A stretch of 29,131 bases of DNA from an uncultured Pseudomonadota bacterium (GTDB taxonomy: Bacteria > BMS3Abin14): assembly GCA_964454175.1 (NCBI GenBank), contig CAYVSA010000007.1:1-29131 (forward strand). The letters run 5' to 3'. Positions 1-7,005 of the stretch are shown in pieces. Position numbers and translations under genes: made by a program. Within the stretch, counting starts at the first letter, position 1; every line of letters begins with the position of its first letter. The notes beneath the pieces are model-generated. The model searched no databases. It had not been told where the DNA came from and saw only the letters and a program-made list of their open reading frames with translations.

Positions 1-6
1 TAATAG

Positions 7-1191
7 CTACAAGTTATCTTTATCCACAGCATCTGCGACAGACTTCCTGAAACCAGGTGCCAGAGATTCCATCTCATTCCAGGGGGGCAGCGGTTTTTTT
101 CCGCTGGACCCCTTGAGCTTTCCCAGGGCAGTGTTGACTGCCTTGCTGAATGTGCCAAGCGCCTCTTTTTCGTCCTCCTCACTGTAGACAAGCCCGTTGG
201 CCAGGGCATCAGCCCTGTAGCTCGGGAGCATGGAGACGGCTTCCCTGTAGAGATCCTGTGCCAGACTGCCCCTGCCACTTTCCCGATATGATATCTCGCG
301 CAGGAGCGTTTCTATAACCTCGATAGCCATTCTGTGCAGTCCACTTGCACCATCAGCAGGTGAAAGGTCCTGATGCTTGTGCCTGTAGTTTTCGCACAGC
401 GCCGCCTGGCACATCCCTGCGGAGCCCGCCTGGTTGAACACCGAAGAGAGTAGTCCGATCTCCAGCCCCCAGTTTCTCGGGATCGGTATTTTCCCTGCAA
501 GTTCCATCGTCATGGCAAATTCCCCAGCCAGGGGATACCGCAGCGACTCCAGCACATCCAGAAACTCTGAAGGGTTGTCCCGGTTCAGAATGCGAACGAG
601 AGGAGCCACCATAAGCCTGGTTACCCGCCCATTCAACCTGTCGCTGACCCTGGGATAATAACCCTTACAGAAGGCAAAACTCAGCCTTGGGTCAGTAACT
701 GGCAGCAGCAGCCTGGTGGGGATCTCCAGAGAGTAGGTCAGGATATCAGCATCGTGAAGACCCATCGCATAGTATGCCCCTTTGGCAAGGATGTAGCCCA
801 GTGCGAGCCAGACATCTCTGCCCTTCCCAGGCCCTCCGGGGTCGACAGCTGGACCGGCATGGTGCATCAAATCAGTCAGAGAAGGACTTTCGGGCCATAC
901 TACGGACGTTTTTATGGGCAGCTTTGACAGCTGGGTACGTGCCCAGTCGAAATCTGCCTCTTCAGCGCGTCCCAGGACCAGTATCAGTTCGGAAAGGTAT
1001 GTGGCCCCTGCGACCTTTTCCAGTATTGTGTGAAAGGCTTTCCCCTCCATCTCTGAAGCGAGGGCAGGTACCAGTAGTACAGCGGGCCGCTTTCTGCAGG
1101 CAGATTCAAGATTTTCCACAATGCCTGCCAGGTCAGAACCAGGCAGGCGATGGATCGTGGTTACCGGCCCGCTCTGGATGAAATCCCCCAC
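7..1191 (-). CDS. gpgS: Glucosyl-3-phosphoglycerate synthase-like glycosyltransferase (GT-A fold)
   Basis: N-terminus GDFIQSGPVTTIH, GKGRDVW, DxD motif HDADI, KGYY, GRVTRL, RYPLAGEF, WGLEIG, HKHQDLS. Start moved to GTG at 1191 because AGGAGGTGA lies just upstream. Confidence 0.75.
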   Translation of the reverse strand: MGDFIQSGPVTTIHRLPGSDLAGIVENLESACRKRPAVLLVPALASEMEGKAFHTILEKVAGATYLSELILVLGRAEEADFDWARTQLSKLPIKTSVVWPESPSLTDLMHHAGPAVDPGGPGKGRDVWLALGYILAKGAYYAMGLHDADILTYSLEIPTRLLLPVTDPRLSFAFCKGYYPRVSDRLNGRVTRLMVAPLVRILNRDNPSEFLDVLESLRYPLAGEFAMTMELAGKIPIPRNWGLEIGLLSSVFNQAGSAGMCQAALCENYRHKHQDLSPADGASGLHRMAIEVIETLLREISYRESGRGSLAQDLYREAVSMLPSYRADALANGLVYSEEDEKEALGTFSKAVNTALGKLKGSSGKKPLPPWNEMESLAPGFRKSVADAVDKDNL

Positions 1192-1244
1192 GGCATCACC
1201 TCCTCTGACAGTCGCCGGCATCGATCGTTACGGCGAGGCTCGCT

Positions 1245-1277
1245 GGCCTTTTTCGGGGAGCTTCCCCTGTAAAGGCC
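1245..1277 (-). terminator. Stem-loop directly after the hisG stop (pause, processing or weak terminator)
   Basis: GGCCTTT..GGGGA gct TCCCC..AAAGGCC palindrome. No clear U-tract on the minus strand. Confidence 0.3.
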
Positions 1278-2168
1278 CTACAGGATCTTGTTCAACGGAT
1301 ATTCCACTATACCCTCGGCCCCGTTATCCAGCAGCTCGGGGATGAGGGTCCTCACCACCTTTTCGGACACAACTGACTCCACCGAATACCATTGGGAGTC
1401 GTGCAGTCCGGCAACGGTCGGCGCGTTGAGGCTGGGCAGTATTTTTACTATTTCATCGAGCTTGTCACGATGTACATTCATCTTGATGCCCACCATCCCC
1501 GTGGCATTCTCGGCGCCTTTCAGGAGAAGGGCGATCGTTTCTATTTTCTTACGTTTGAAAGGATCTTCCCACGCGCTTTTATTGGCGATCAGGTGCGGTT
1601 TGGACTCCATGAGTTCGTGTATGATCTTCAGACCGTGGGCACGGATAGTACTGCCGGTCTCAGTAACCTCTACGGCAGCGTCAGCGATACCCTCAACCAC
1701 CTTTGCCTCAGTGGTGCCCCACGAATAGTCCACTTTGACCTCAACGCCCCGTTCCTCGAAATACCGCCTGGTGAAATTTACCAGCTCTGTAGAAATTCTC
1801 TTGCCGGCAAGATCCTCAATAGATTCGTAAGGACAGTTCCTGGGTACTATCAGTACCCATTTTGCAGGCCTGGAACTTGTCTTGGAATAAGTGAGATCCT
1901 GGACCCATATGACATCGGAATTGTTTTCCAATATCCAGTCCCTGCCCGTTATTCCCGCATCCAGTATGCCGTCGTTGACGAAGGTCGATATCTCCTGGGC
2001 CCTGACAAGGGAAAAGGCCAGTTCTTCATCATCCACCGACGGGAAATAGTTTCTGGACCCCCTGTTGATCCTCCAGCCCGCCTTCTTGAAAAGCTCAATA
2101 GTGGCATCTTCAAGGCTCCCCTTGGGAATTCCTATCTTGAGTTTTGTGCTGTTGTTGTTTTCTGCCAA
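1278..2168 (-). CDS. hisG: ATP phosphoribosyltransferase, long form with C-terminal regulatory domain
   Basis: LKIGIPKGSL, VRAQEI, DAGITGRDW, SWGTTEAKV, EVTETGST, C-terminal PSLNAPTV..GAEGIVE. TTG start with AGGAGGTAGGAG RBS. Confidence 0.95.
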   Translation of the reverse strand: MAENNNSTKLKIGIPKGSLEDATIELFKKAGWRINRGSRNYFPSVDDEELAFSLVRAQEISTFVNDGILDAGITGRDWILENNSDVIWVQDLTYSKTSSRPAKWVLIVPRNCPYESIEDLAGKRISTELVNFTRRYFEERGVEVKVDYSWGTTEAKVVEGIADAAVEVTETGSTIRAHGLKIIHELMESKPHLIANKSAWEDPFKRKKIETIALLLKGAENATGMVGIKMNVHRDKLDEIVKILPSLNAPTVAGLHDSQWYSVESVVSEKVVRTLIPELLDNGAEGIVEYPLNKIL

Positions 2169-2223
2169 CTCCTACCTCCTGGTATCGGCACCAAGTCCGC
2201 TGCCGTTTTCACCGGCAATCCGT

Positions 2224-3276
2224 TCAAATATTAAACCTGACATGGATCACGTCCCCGTCCCTTATAACATAATCCTTGCCCTCCACCCTTATCTTGCCCG
2301 TTTCCCTGGCTTTTGAAAGCCCTCCTGCTGCACACAGTTCATCCCACTGCATGGTCTCGGCCCTGATAAAGCCCCTTGCAAGGTCCGAGTGAACCCTTCC
2401 TGCCGCCTCGAGGGCCGTTGTCCCGGCCGGCACTGCCCAGCCCCTGGCTTCCTTCCCGCTGACAGTGTAGAAGGTGATGATGTCGAGTATGTTAAAGGCG
2501 GCGGAAATGAACCTGTCTTTTGCTGGCACTTCGATCTCCAGCGCCTGCTGGAACTCACGCCGCTCCCCGGAGGGGAGCTCCAGCAGCTCCAGCTCGGGAA
2601 GACCGGTTATCTCCATGTAATGGGCACCTGCCCGGCCGCACGCCGCTTCCAGGTCAGGATAAGTGGTCACACCGGCCCCGTCCTCCCCCGTGTTTCCGAC
2701 AACCAGGACCGGAAAGAGCGTCAGGAACTGATACCCTGAAAGGAACTTTATTTCTTCGTCCGACAGCACTCCTGTTCGCAGAGGGGCACCTGCTTCAAGT
2801 TGAGCCTTCACTTTTTCCATCAGGACCGCCTCTGGCGAAGAGCTCCTGCCTTCCTTAGACAGGCGATAGATCCGCCCCTCCACCGGCAGCTGGTCCGTCA
2901 GGCAAAGGTCATCCGAGAGGGACAAAAACTCTTTCAGGATCTCATCTCCAGGCCGGCATTGGGACGCTGACGGGCCCAGAAAACCTCTGAACACGATAGC
3001 CAGGACATCCAGACCGGCAGCCCGGTTCACAGTCTGCTGTCTTAACCCGCCCCCTGCCTCAGGCCTGAGATCACCCAGCTCTATCAGTTCAAGCTGGACA
3101 GTAGTTACCTTCTCCGGCTCGCAGACGCCAGCCAGCCTTTCCAGACGGTGGTCTGCCAGTTTAATAGTCCTTATTTCAGGCCCGGCATGTCTTTCCAGCA
3201 GGCCCGGATCCTCCGACAGAAGAGCAAGAAGTGTTGTCACACCGGACCCTGAATAACCCGCAAGTCCCACTTTCAT
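2224..3276 (-). CDS. YchF/OLA1-like protein (C-terminal TGS/DUF933 domain) with degenerate nucleotide-binding motifs
   Basis: D.RL..LA....P.K.T, C-terminal ITFYT..GKEARGW, AG.VHSDLARGFIRAE, EGKDYVIRDGDVIHVRFN. The P-loop reads GYSGSGVTT. Confidence 0.85.
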   Translation of the reverse strand: MKVGLAGYSGSGVTTLLALLSEDPGLLERHAGPEIRTIKLADHRLERLAGVCEPEKVTTVQLELIELGDLRPEAGGGLRQQTVNRAAGLDVLAIVFRGFLGPSASQCRPGDEILKEFLSLSDDLCLTDQLPVEGRIYRLSKEGRSSSPEAVLMEKVKAQLEAGAPLRTGVLSDEEIKFLSGYQFLTLFPVLVVGNTGEDGAGVTTYPDLEAACGRAGAHYMEITGLPELELLELPSGERREFQQALEIEVPAKDRFISAAFNILDIITFYTVSGKEARGWAVPAGTTALEAAGRVHSDLARGFIRAETMQWDELCAAGGLSKARETGKIRVEGKDYVIRDGDVIHVRFNI

Positions 3277-3364
3277 CTCGGCAAAAACCTTTCAGAAAAC
3301 GCTTCGTGGATGAGATCGACCATGATATTACATGAATTTAATGTCAGGGAACAGCGTTGAACGC

Positions 3365-3420
3365 GTTCCAGGTTCCATGTTGTTTTCCCAGAACCTGGGA
3401 GATGGGTCCTGGGACTCAGG
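3365..3420. repeat. Degenerate heptamer tandem repeats forming an imperfect hairpin
   Basis: GTTCCAG GTTCCAT ... ACCTGGG AGATGGG TCCTGGG ACTCAGG. TCCAGGTTC can pair with GAACCTGGG. Confidence 0.45.
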
Positions 3421-3438
3421 CAGTTAAACCCGTAAACT

Positions 3439-3708
3439 ATGACTGACAAACGAGCCCCCTCATACCTTAACCTGTCAACACAAGAGCTCGAAGAACGCAT
3501 CCATGGCCTCGAAGAACTCGCTTCCCCGTGCAGGCTCTGTCCAAGGGAATGTATGGCCCGCAGGCGAACCGGGGAGGAAGGCTATTGCCGCACCGGTTTG
3601 GGCCCTACAGTGAGTTCTGCCAACCCCCACTTTGGGGAGGAATCGCCCCTGGTAGGTCGAGGAGGGCCAGACACGAGGGAACAGCCCCTGAATCAGCCCG
3701 GAGCATAG
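3439..3708 (+). pseudogene. N-terminal fragment of a PflX-like radical SAM protein, truncated before the CxxxCxxC motif
   Basis: PSYL.L...EL..R, CRLCPREC...R..GE.GYCRTG, SSANPHFGEE.PLVG.GG are typical of the family. The expected SGTIFF..CxxxCxxC is absent and the ORF stops at 89 aa. Confidence 0.75.
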
Positions 3709-3734
3709 TGGTAGTGCGGTTCTGGACATTTTTC

Positions 3735-3763
3735 TTGACATATTCGAAACAACGTTTTAATAT
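3735..3763 (+). promoter_or_regulatory. Sigma70-type promoter for the MFS transporter leader, with a palindrome in the spacer
   Basis: TTGACA (3735-3740), 17 nt, TAATAT (3758-3763). The spacer contains AAAC-N3-GTTT. Confidence 0.6.
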
Positions 3764-3814
3764 CAGTTTCATCTGGATACATGCTCAAACAACCGTTGGC
3801 CAATACTCCATAAT

Positions 3815-3827
3815 TATCAACAGGTTA
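3815..3827 (+). promoter_or_regulatory. IHF-binding consensus site
   Basis: TATCAACAGGTTA matches WATCAANNNNTTR exactly, in an AT-rich context. Confidence 0.35.
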
Positions 3828-3913
3828 TGTTGTCAAAAAAGTGGTTTATTGGCCTGATACGGCGTGTAGAGGTGTTTCAATTTGGCTTGGTTTGGAACCT
3901 GACCTGAAATGAT

Positions 3914-4188
3914 GCTCCGCATGGTCGGAGCCGGACGCACGACATAATCCCTTGTGAAAGGAGGTGGAGCCAGACAACCGCAACAGCACTGGCCTGCGAT
4001 TGCAGGACAGGCTGCTGTAGTTCTCTTTTGATTTTAAGAGAGAACATCTGGATTCTCAATGGGCATCCTGCCACCACCTTACCGGATGCCCGGCGCAGCA
4101 GGCAGTTAATTCCAATCAGGCATCTCAGGCGCTGCGTGTACAGAACAGGGAAGGGAGCCATCCTTCCCCCTAAATTACGGAGGACTCG
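3914..4188 (+). ncRNA. Candidate structured 5' leader or cis-regulatory RNA
   Basis: Six consecutive stem-loops between the promoter and the RBS (see findings). No known family recognised. Confidence 0.4.
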
Positions 4189-5460
4189 ATGGAACAAAAT
4201 GTTGGTAATAGATGGCGGTTTGTCGGGGCGGCGCTTGTCATGCAGCTCTGTCTCGGCGTGCTTTACTCCTGGGCAGTCTTTAGAGGCCCACTCACATCCC
4301 TCCATGGATGGAGCAAGGTTCAGACCATCGCACCGTACAGGTGGTCAGTTCTTATGTTCACGGTAGCCATGATCATCGCTGGTTTCTGGCAGGACAAAAA
4401 AGGCCCGAAACTCGTCGGTAGCGTCGGTGGTATTCTGATGGGAACCGGCGTTCTCCTGTGCGCCTTCATTGGCAATACTATTGGCGGCTTGATCTTCGCC
4501 TACGGAATTCTCGGCGGCCTCGGTGTTGGTTTCGCGTACGTTACGCCGATCGCGACCTGCGTTAAGTGGTTCCCGGACAAAAGGGGAATGATCGTTGGTC
4601 TGGCAGTTATGGGCTTCGGCGCAGGATCCCTTATCTTCGCGCCTCTTATTGAAAAGCTCATCGGCAGCAACCCGGACGCTTATGCAACTACTATTCCCAG
4701 GACCTTCATCATCCTGGCAGTTACCTTCTACGTCTGTGTTATCGGCGCCGCCCAGGTCTACAAGGTACCGCCCGCAGGCTGGACACCGCCTGGATGGTCA
4801 CCCCCTGCAGCTGCTGCTGCCACCAAGGAAGATTACGCTCCTGGTGAGATGGTCAAGACCTGGCAGTTCTACGTACTCTGGCTGATCTACTTCCTTGGAA
4901 CATCGGTGGGTATTACAGCCATCGGTCAGGCAAAACCGATTATCGTTGAGCTCTCCAAGGGCGCAGCGGCCATGACCGGTGGAACGGCCCTCGGCATCAT
5001 GTCCCTCTTCAACGGAGTTGGGCGCCTGGCATGGGGAACCGTTTCCGACAAGATCGGGCGTAACCTGACAACAGTTTGTCTGTATGTCGGTTACATTATC
5101 GCCTGCCTGTTCCTGCTCAGGAACGCCACGGGCTTCTGGCAGGTACTTACCGGTCTGTGTGTAGTGGGCTTCTGCTACGGCGGTTATCTCGCCATGATGC
5201 CTTCCTTCACTGCTGACTACTACGGTCCGAAGAATATCGGTGCCAACTACGGTATCGTATTTACCGCCTGGGGAGTCTGCGGATTTACGGTTCCGAAGTA
5301 CTTTGCCGGGATCATGAAGGCAGCCAAGGAAGCCGGCAATATTGCTGGTGGATATAACCAGGTTTACTTCACTCTGGCAGTATTTTCTGTTGTCGGCATC
5401 GTCCTTGCCCTCGCGGTCAAGAGGCCCATGCAGGCTACAGCTGGCGGTGGAATGGAATAA
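4189..5460 (+). CDS. MFS transporter, oxalate/formate antiporter (OFA; OxlT/YhjX-like) family
   Basis: About 12 hydrophobic segments. CLG.LYSWAVF, AG.WQDK.GP, GLGVGFAYVTPIATCVKWFPDKRG, FNGVGRLAWG..SDKIGR, DYYG.KN.GANYG. GGAGG RBS. Confidence 0.92.
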   Translation: MEQNVGNRWRFVGAALVMQLCLGVLYSWAVFRGPLTSLHGWSKVQTIAPYRWSVLMFTVAMIIAGFWQDKKGPKLVGSVGGILMGTGVLLCAFIGNTIGGLIFAYGILGGLGVGFAYVTPIATCVKWFPDKRGMIVGLAVMGFGAGSLIFAPLIEKLIGSNPDAYATTIPRTFIILAVTFYVCVIGAAQVYKVPPAGWTPPGWSPPAAAAATKEDYAPGEMVKTWQFYVLWLIYFLGTSVGITAIGQAKPIIVELSKGAAAMTGGTALGIMSLFNGVGRLAWGTVSDKIGRNLTTVCLYVGYIIACLFLLRNATGFWQVLTGLCVVGFCYGGYLAMMPSFTADYYGPKNIGANYGIVFTAWGVCGFTVPKYFAGIMKAAKEAGNIAGGYNQVYFTLAVFSVVGIVLALAVKRPMQATAGGGME

Positions 5461-5490
5461 TGTAACACCGCTTTAAGAAACTGGTTAAAC

Positions 5491-5522
5491 AAAAGGCGGC
5501 CCCTTCCGGGGCCGCCTTTTTC
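5491..5522. terminator. Bidirectional intrinsic terminator between the MFS and PxxKW genes
   Basis: AAAAGGCGGCCCC ttcc GGGGCCGCCTTTTTT. Confidence 0.9.
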
Positions 5523-5551
5523 ATGTGCGCAAGTTGTTTTCGGTATCCAGG

Positions 5552-5839
5552 TTATTTCCTGCCGGCCGCTCTCTTCGATGCTTTCAGGGGATTGACTTTT
5601 TTCCCGTTGCCGTTGGCAATCTCGGCAACAACGTGGGTTGCGAAGTTGCAGACCCCCTGGTTCCATTTGGATGCCGGGCTGGCGCTCGATCTGCAAAAGA
5701 GATCGTCGTCTATCCGAACAATATGGTTGCAGCCGTCACAGGCCTGCACCACGGGTTCACAGTGCCCCCCGTTGTAAGTGCAGCCCTGCCTGGCCATGAA
5801 AATGCAGTCCAGTTCCTCCTTGAGAATCGTACAGATCAT
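5552..5839 (-). CDS. PxxKW-family small cysteine-rich protein
   Basis: C..C.FM...GC.YNGG.C.PVV..C.GC, PASKW...CNFATH, basic tail NPLKASKR. AGGAGG RBS. Confidence 0.85.
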   Translation of the reverse strand: MICTILKEELDCIFMARQGCTYNGGHCEPVVQACDGCNHIVRIDDDLFCRSSASPASKWNQGVCNFATHVVAEIANGNGKKVNPLKASKRAAGRK

Positions 5840-5889
5840 TTCTTTCCTCCTTGCCGAATGTTCAGATTGTGGTTTTGCAAAACCCGACG

Positions 5890-5918
5890 TGTATATCCTT
5901 AATCAAATAAAAAGGCAA
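5890..5918 (-). promoter_or_regulatory. Putative sigma70 promoter of the PxxKW gene
   Basis: Minus strand: TTGCCT, 17 nt, TATACA. Confidence 0.4.
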
Positions 5919-5930
5919 GGATTTTGTGTT

Positions 5931-6030
5931 GTGTGCTGCTTGAGGGTTTCGGCTGGAAGTTCCCTCGCCTTCGCAACTGCCTTTGAGCTCCGCATCGGGA
6001 ACTTCCAGCCGAAACTTTTTATCAGCACAT
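5931..6030 (+). repeat. Long inverted repeat (19-bp perfect core, ~34-bp stem) between divergent promoters
   Basis: GTTTCGGCTGGAAGTTCCC (5946-5964) / GGGAACTTCCAGCCGAAAC (5997-6015), extended by G:T pairs and TGTGCTG/CAGCACA. Confidence 0.85.
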
Positions 6031-6062
6031 CTGGTTGCAGTGTACAGGTATGCGAAGCTGCT

Positions 6063-6091
6063 TTTCAATTTCCTATTTTCCTTGCTACAAT
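6063..6091 (+). promoter_or_regulatory. Putative extended -10 promoter of queH
   Basis: TG-C-TACAAT (6083-6091), with TTTCAA 17 nt upstream of the -10 hexamer. Confidence 0.45.
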
Positions 6092-6129
6092 ACGTGATAG
6101 AACCAGACATCGGAACGGATCCGTGATTG

Positions 6130-6675
6130 ATGAGACCTAAACTTCTACTCCACATATGCTGCGCTCCAGACGCCACAGTCGGGATCGAGGAGCTGTCTGA
6201 GTCATACGATGTGGACGGGTTTTTCTACAACCCGAACATCCATCCGGATACGGAGTATGACAGGCGTCTGGCGTCGGCAAGGCATCTTGCCTCCATCGTC
6301 GACCTTGAACTTCTGGAAGGTCCTTATAACGATGACGTATGGTTTGATGCGGCAAGGGGCTTCGAGGCTGAACCGGAGAAGGGCAAGCGATGCGAGATCT
6401 GTTTTCAGCTCCGGATTGATGTCGCCGCCAGGACTGCCGCGGAAATGGGTTATGCCGCTGTCGCCACTGTACTAACAACGAGTCCACACAAGGACGCAGC
6501 AAGGATCAACGAGATCGGACACGAAGCAGCAGCAAAACATGGGCTTGAATATATTTCAACCGACCTGAAAAAGAGGGACGGTTTCCGTCGGAGCGTGCAG
6601 TTGAGCCGGCAGTACAACCTCTATCGCCAGAACTACTGCGGATGTATATTCAGTTTGACCAGAAATGGAACCTAG
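6130..6675 (+). CDS. queH: Epoxyqueuosine reductase QueH (DUF208)
   Basis: LLLHICCAPD, FYNPNIHP..EY.RR, EPE.G.RC..CF, SPHK, LYRQNYCGC.FS. Confidence 0.93.
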   Translation: MRPKLLLHICCAPDATVGIEELSESYDVDGFFYNPNIHPDTEYDRRLASARHLASIVDLELLEGPYNDDVWFDAARGFEAEPEKGKRCEICFQLRIDVAARTAAEMGYAAVATVLTTSPHKDAARINEIGHEAAAKHGLEYISTDLKKRDGFRRSVQLSRQYNLYRQNYCGCIFSLTRNGT

Positions 6676-6760
6676 TTTCTGCTTTCTGGCAAGACCTACT
6701 CTTCCTCTACTGACCTCTCTCCCCTCATCACTCACATTTCATACGGCCTGGCAAGCATCA

Positions 6761-6855
6761 AGGGATCAAGGGGGTGGGTTACGGTCTTATCCCCTGCATC
6801 CCCTTTATCCCTGTTAGAAACCATACTGGACCTTGGACCTGGGACCTGAGACACG
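6761..6855. repeat. Short tandem repeats: 9-mer x3 and 7-mer x4
   Basis: ATCCCCTGC ATCCCCTTT ATCCCTGTT (6789-6815), with a partly complementary arm at 6761-6774. GGACCTT GGACCTG GGACCTG AGACACG (6828-6855). Confidence 0.7.
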
Positions 6856-6898
6856 GGCATAAGGACGACAAGCGAAAAGTGTCAATTTACAGTCTCAC

Positions 6899-6947
6899 TT
6901 ATCCACAGGTGGGGATAACCTGTGGGTTGCCGTTCTATATTTTCACA
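6899..6947. promoter_or_regulatory. DnaA-box cluster
   Basis: Perfect TTATCCACA (6899-6907), inverted TGGGGATAA (6910-6918, 1 mismatch), degenerate TGTGGGTTG (6921-6929) and ATTTTCACA (6939-6947). Confidence 0.55.
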
Positions 6948-7005
6948 CCTGTCTTCTGTTTAAGGGAGTTTCAAGCCGCAAGGCTATCCGGCATTATCAA
7001 CGAAA

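Noticed and set aside
20..28. Perfect DnaA box TTATCCACA
   Set aside because: A single copy inside the gpgS-like coding sequence, compatible with chance.
1392..2234. Long antisense ORFs (e.g. 1392-2234, 15211-16098, 18456-19301, 18847-19758, 21493-22221, 28416-29090, 9638-10405)
   Set aside because: They overlap well-supported conserved genes on the opposite strand and show no recognisable motifs. They are shadow ORFs expected from codon bias.
3690..3730. tRNA-like fragment (GGAGCATAGTGGTAGTGC)
   Set aside because: No cloverleaf, T-loop or acceptor stem can be formed.
3880..3910. Sigma54 promoter downstream of the IHF site
   Set aside because: No GG-N10-GC match. The best candidate, TGGAAC-N5-CTGA, lacks the -12 GC.
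3850..3966. Possible Moco/Tuco riboswitch (TCCCTTGTGAAAGGAG resembles that motif's 3' end)
   Set aside because: The other conserved helices could not be built, and no start codon follows the SD-containing stem. An Rfam scan would settle it.
3877..4366. ORFs 3877-4305 (-), 4028-4366 (+) and mini-ORF 3909-3947 (+) in the MFS leader
   Set aside because: No RBS, no recognisable protein features, and the longer two overlap the transporter gene.
3439..5460. Functional link between a 'PFL-activating enzyme' and a formate transporter
   Set aside because: PflX-like proteins are not demonstrated PFL activases, the gene is truncated, and no glycyl radical enzyme is present.
5931..6030. Integron attC site
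   Set aside because: No RYYYAAC/GTTRRRY ends, no extrahelical bases in the core stem, and no cassette array or integrase.
6761..6947. CRISPR array or oriC
   Set aside because: The repeats are 7-9-bp tandem units without spacers and there are no cas genes. There is no adjacent dnaA/dnaN and no clear unwinding element.
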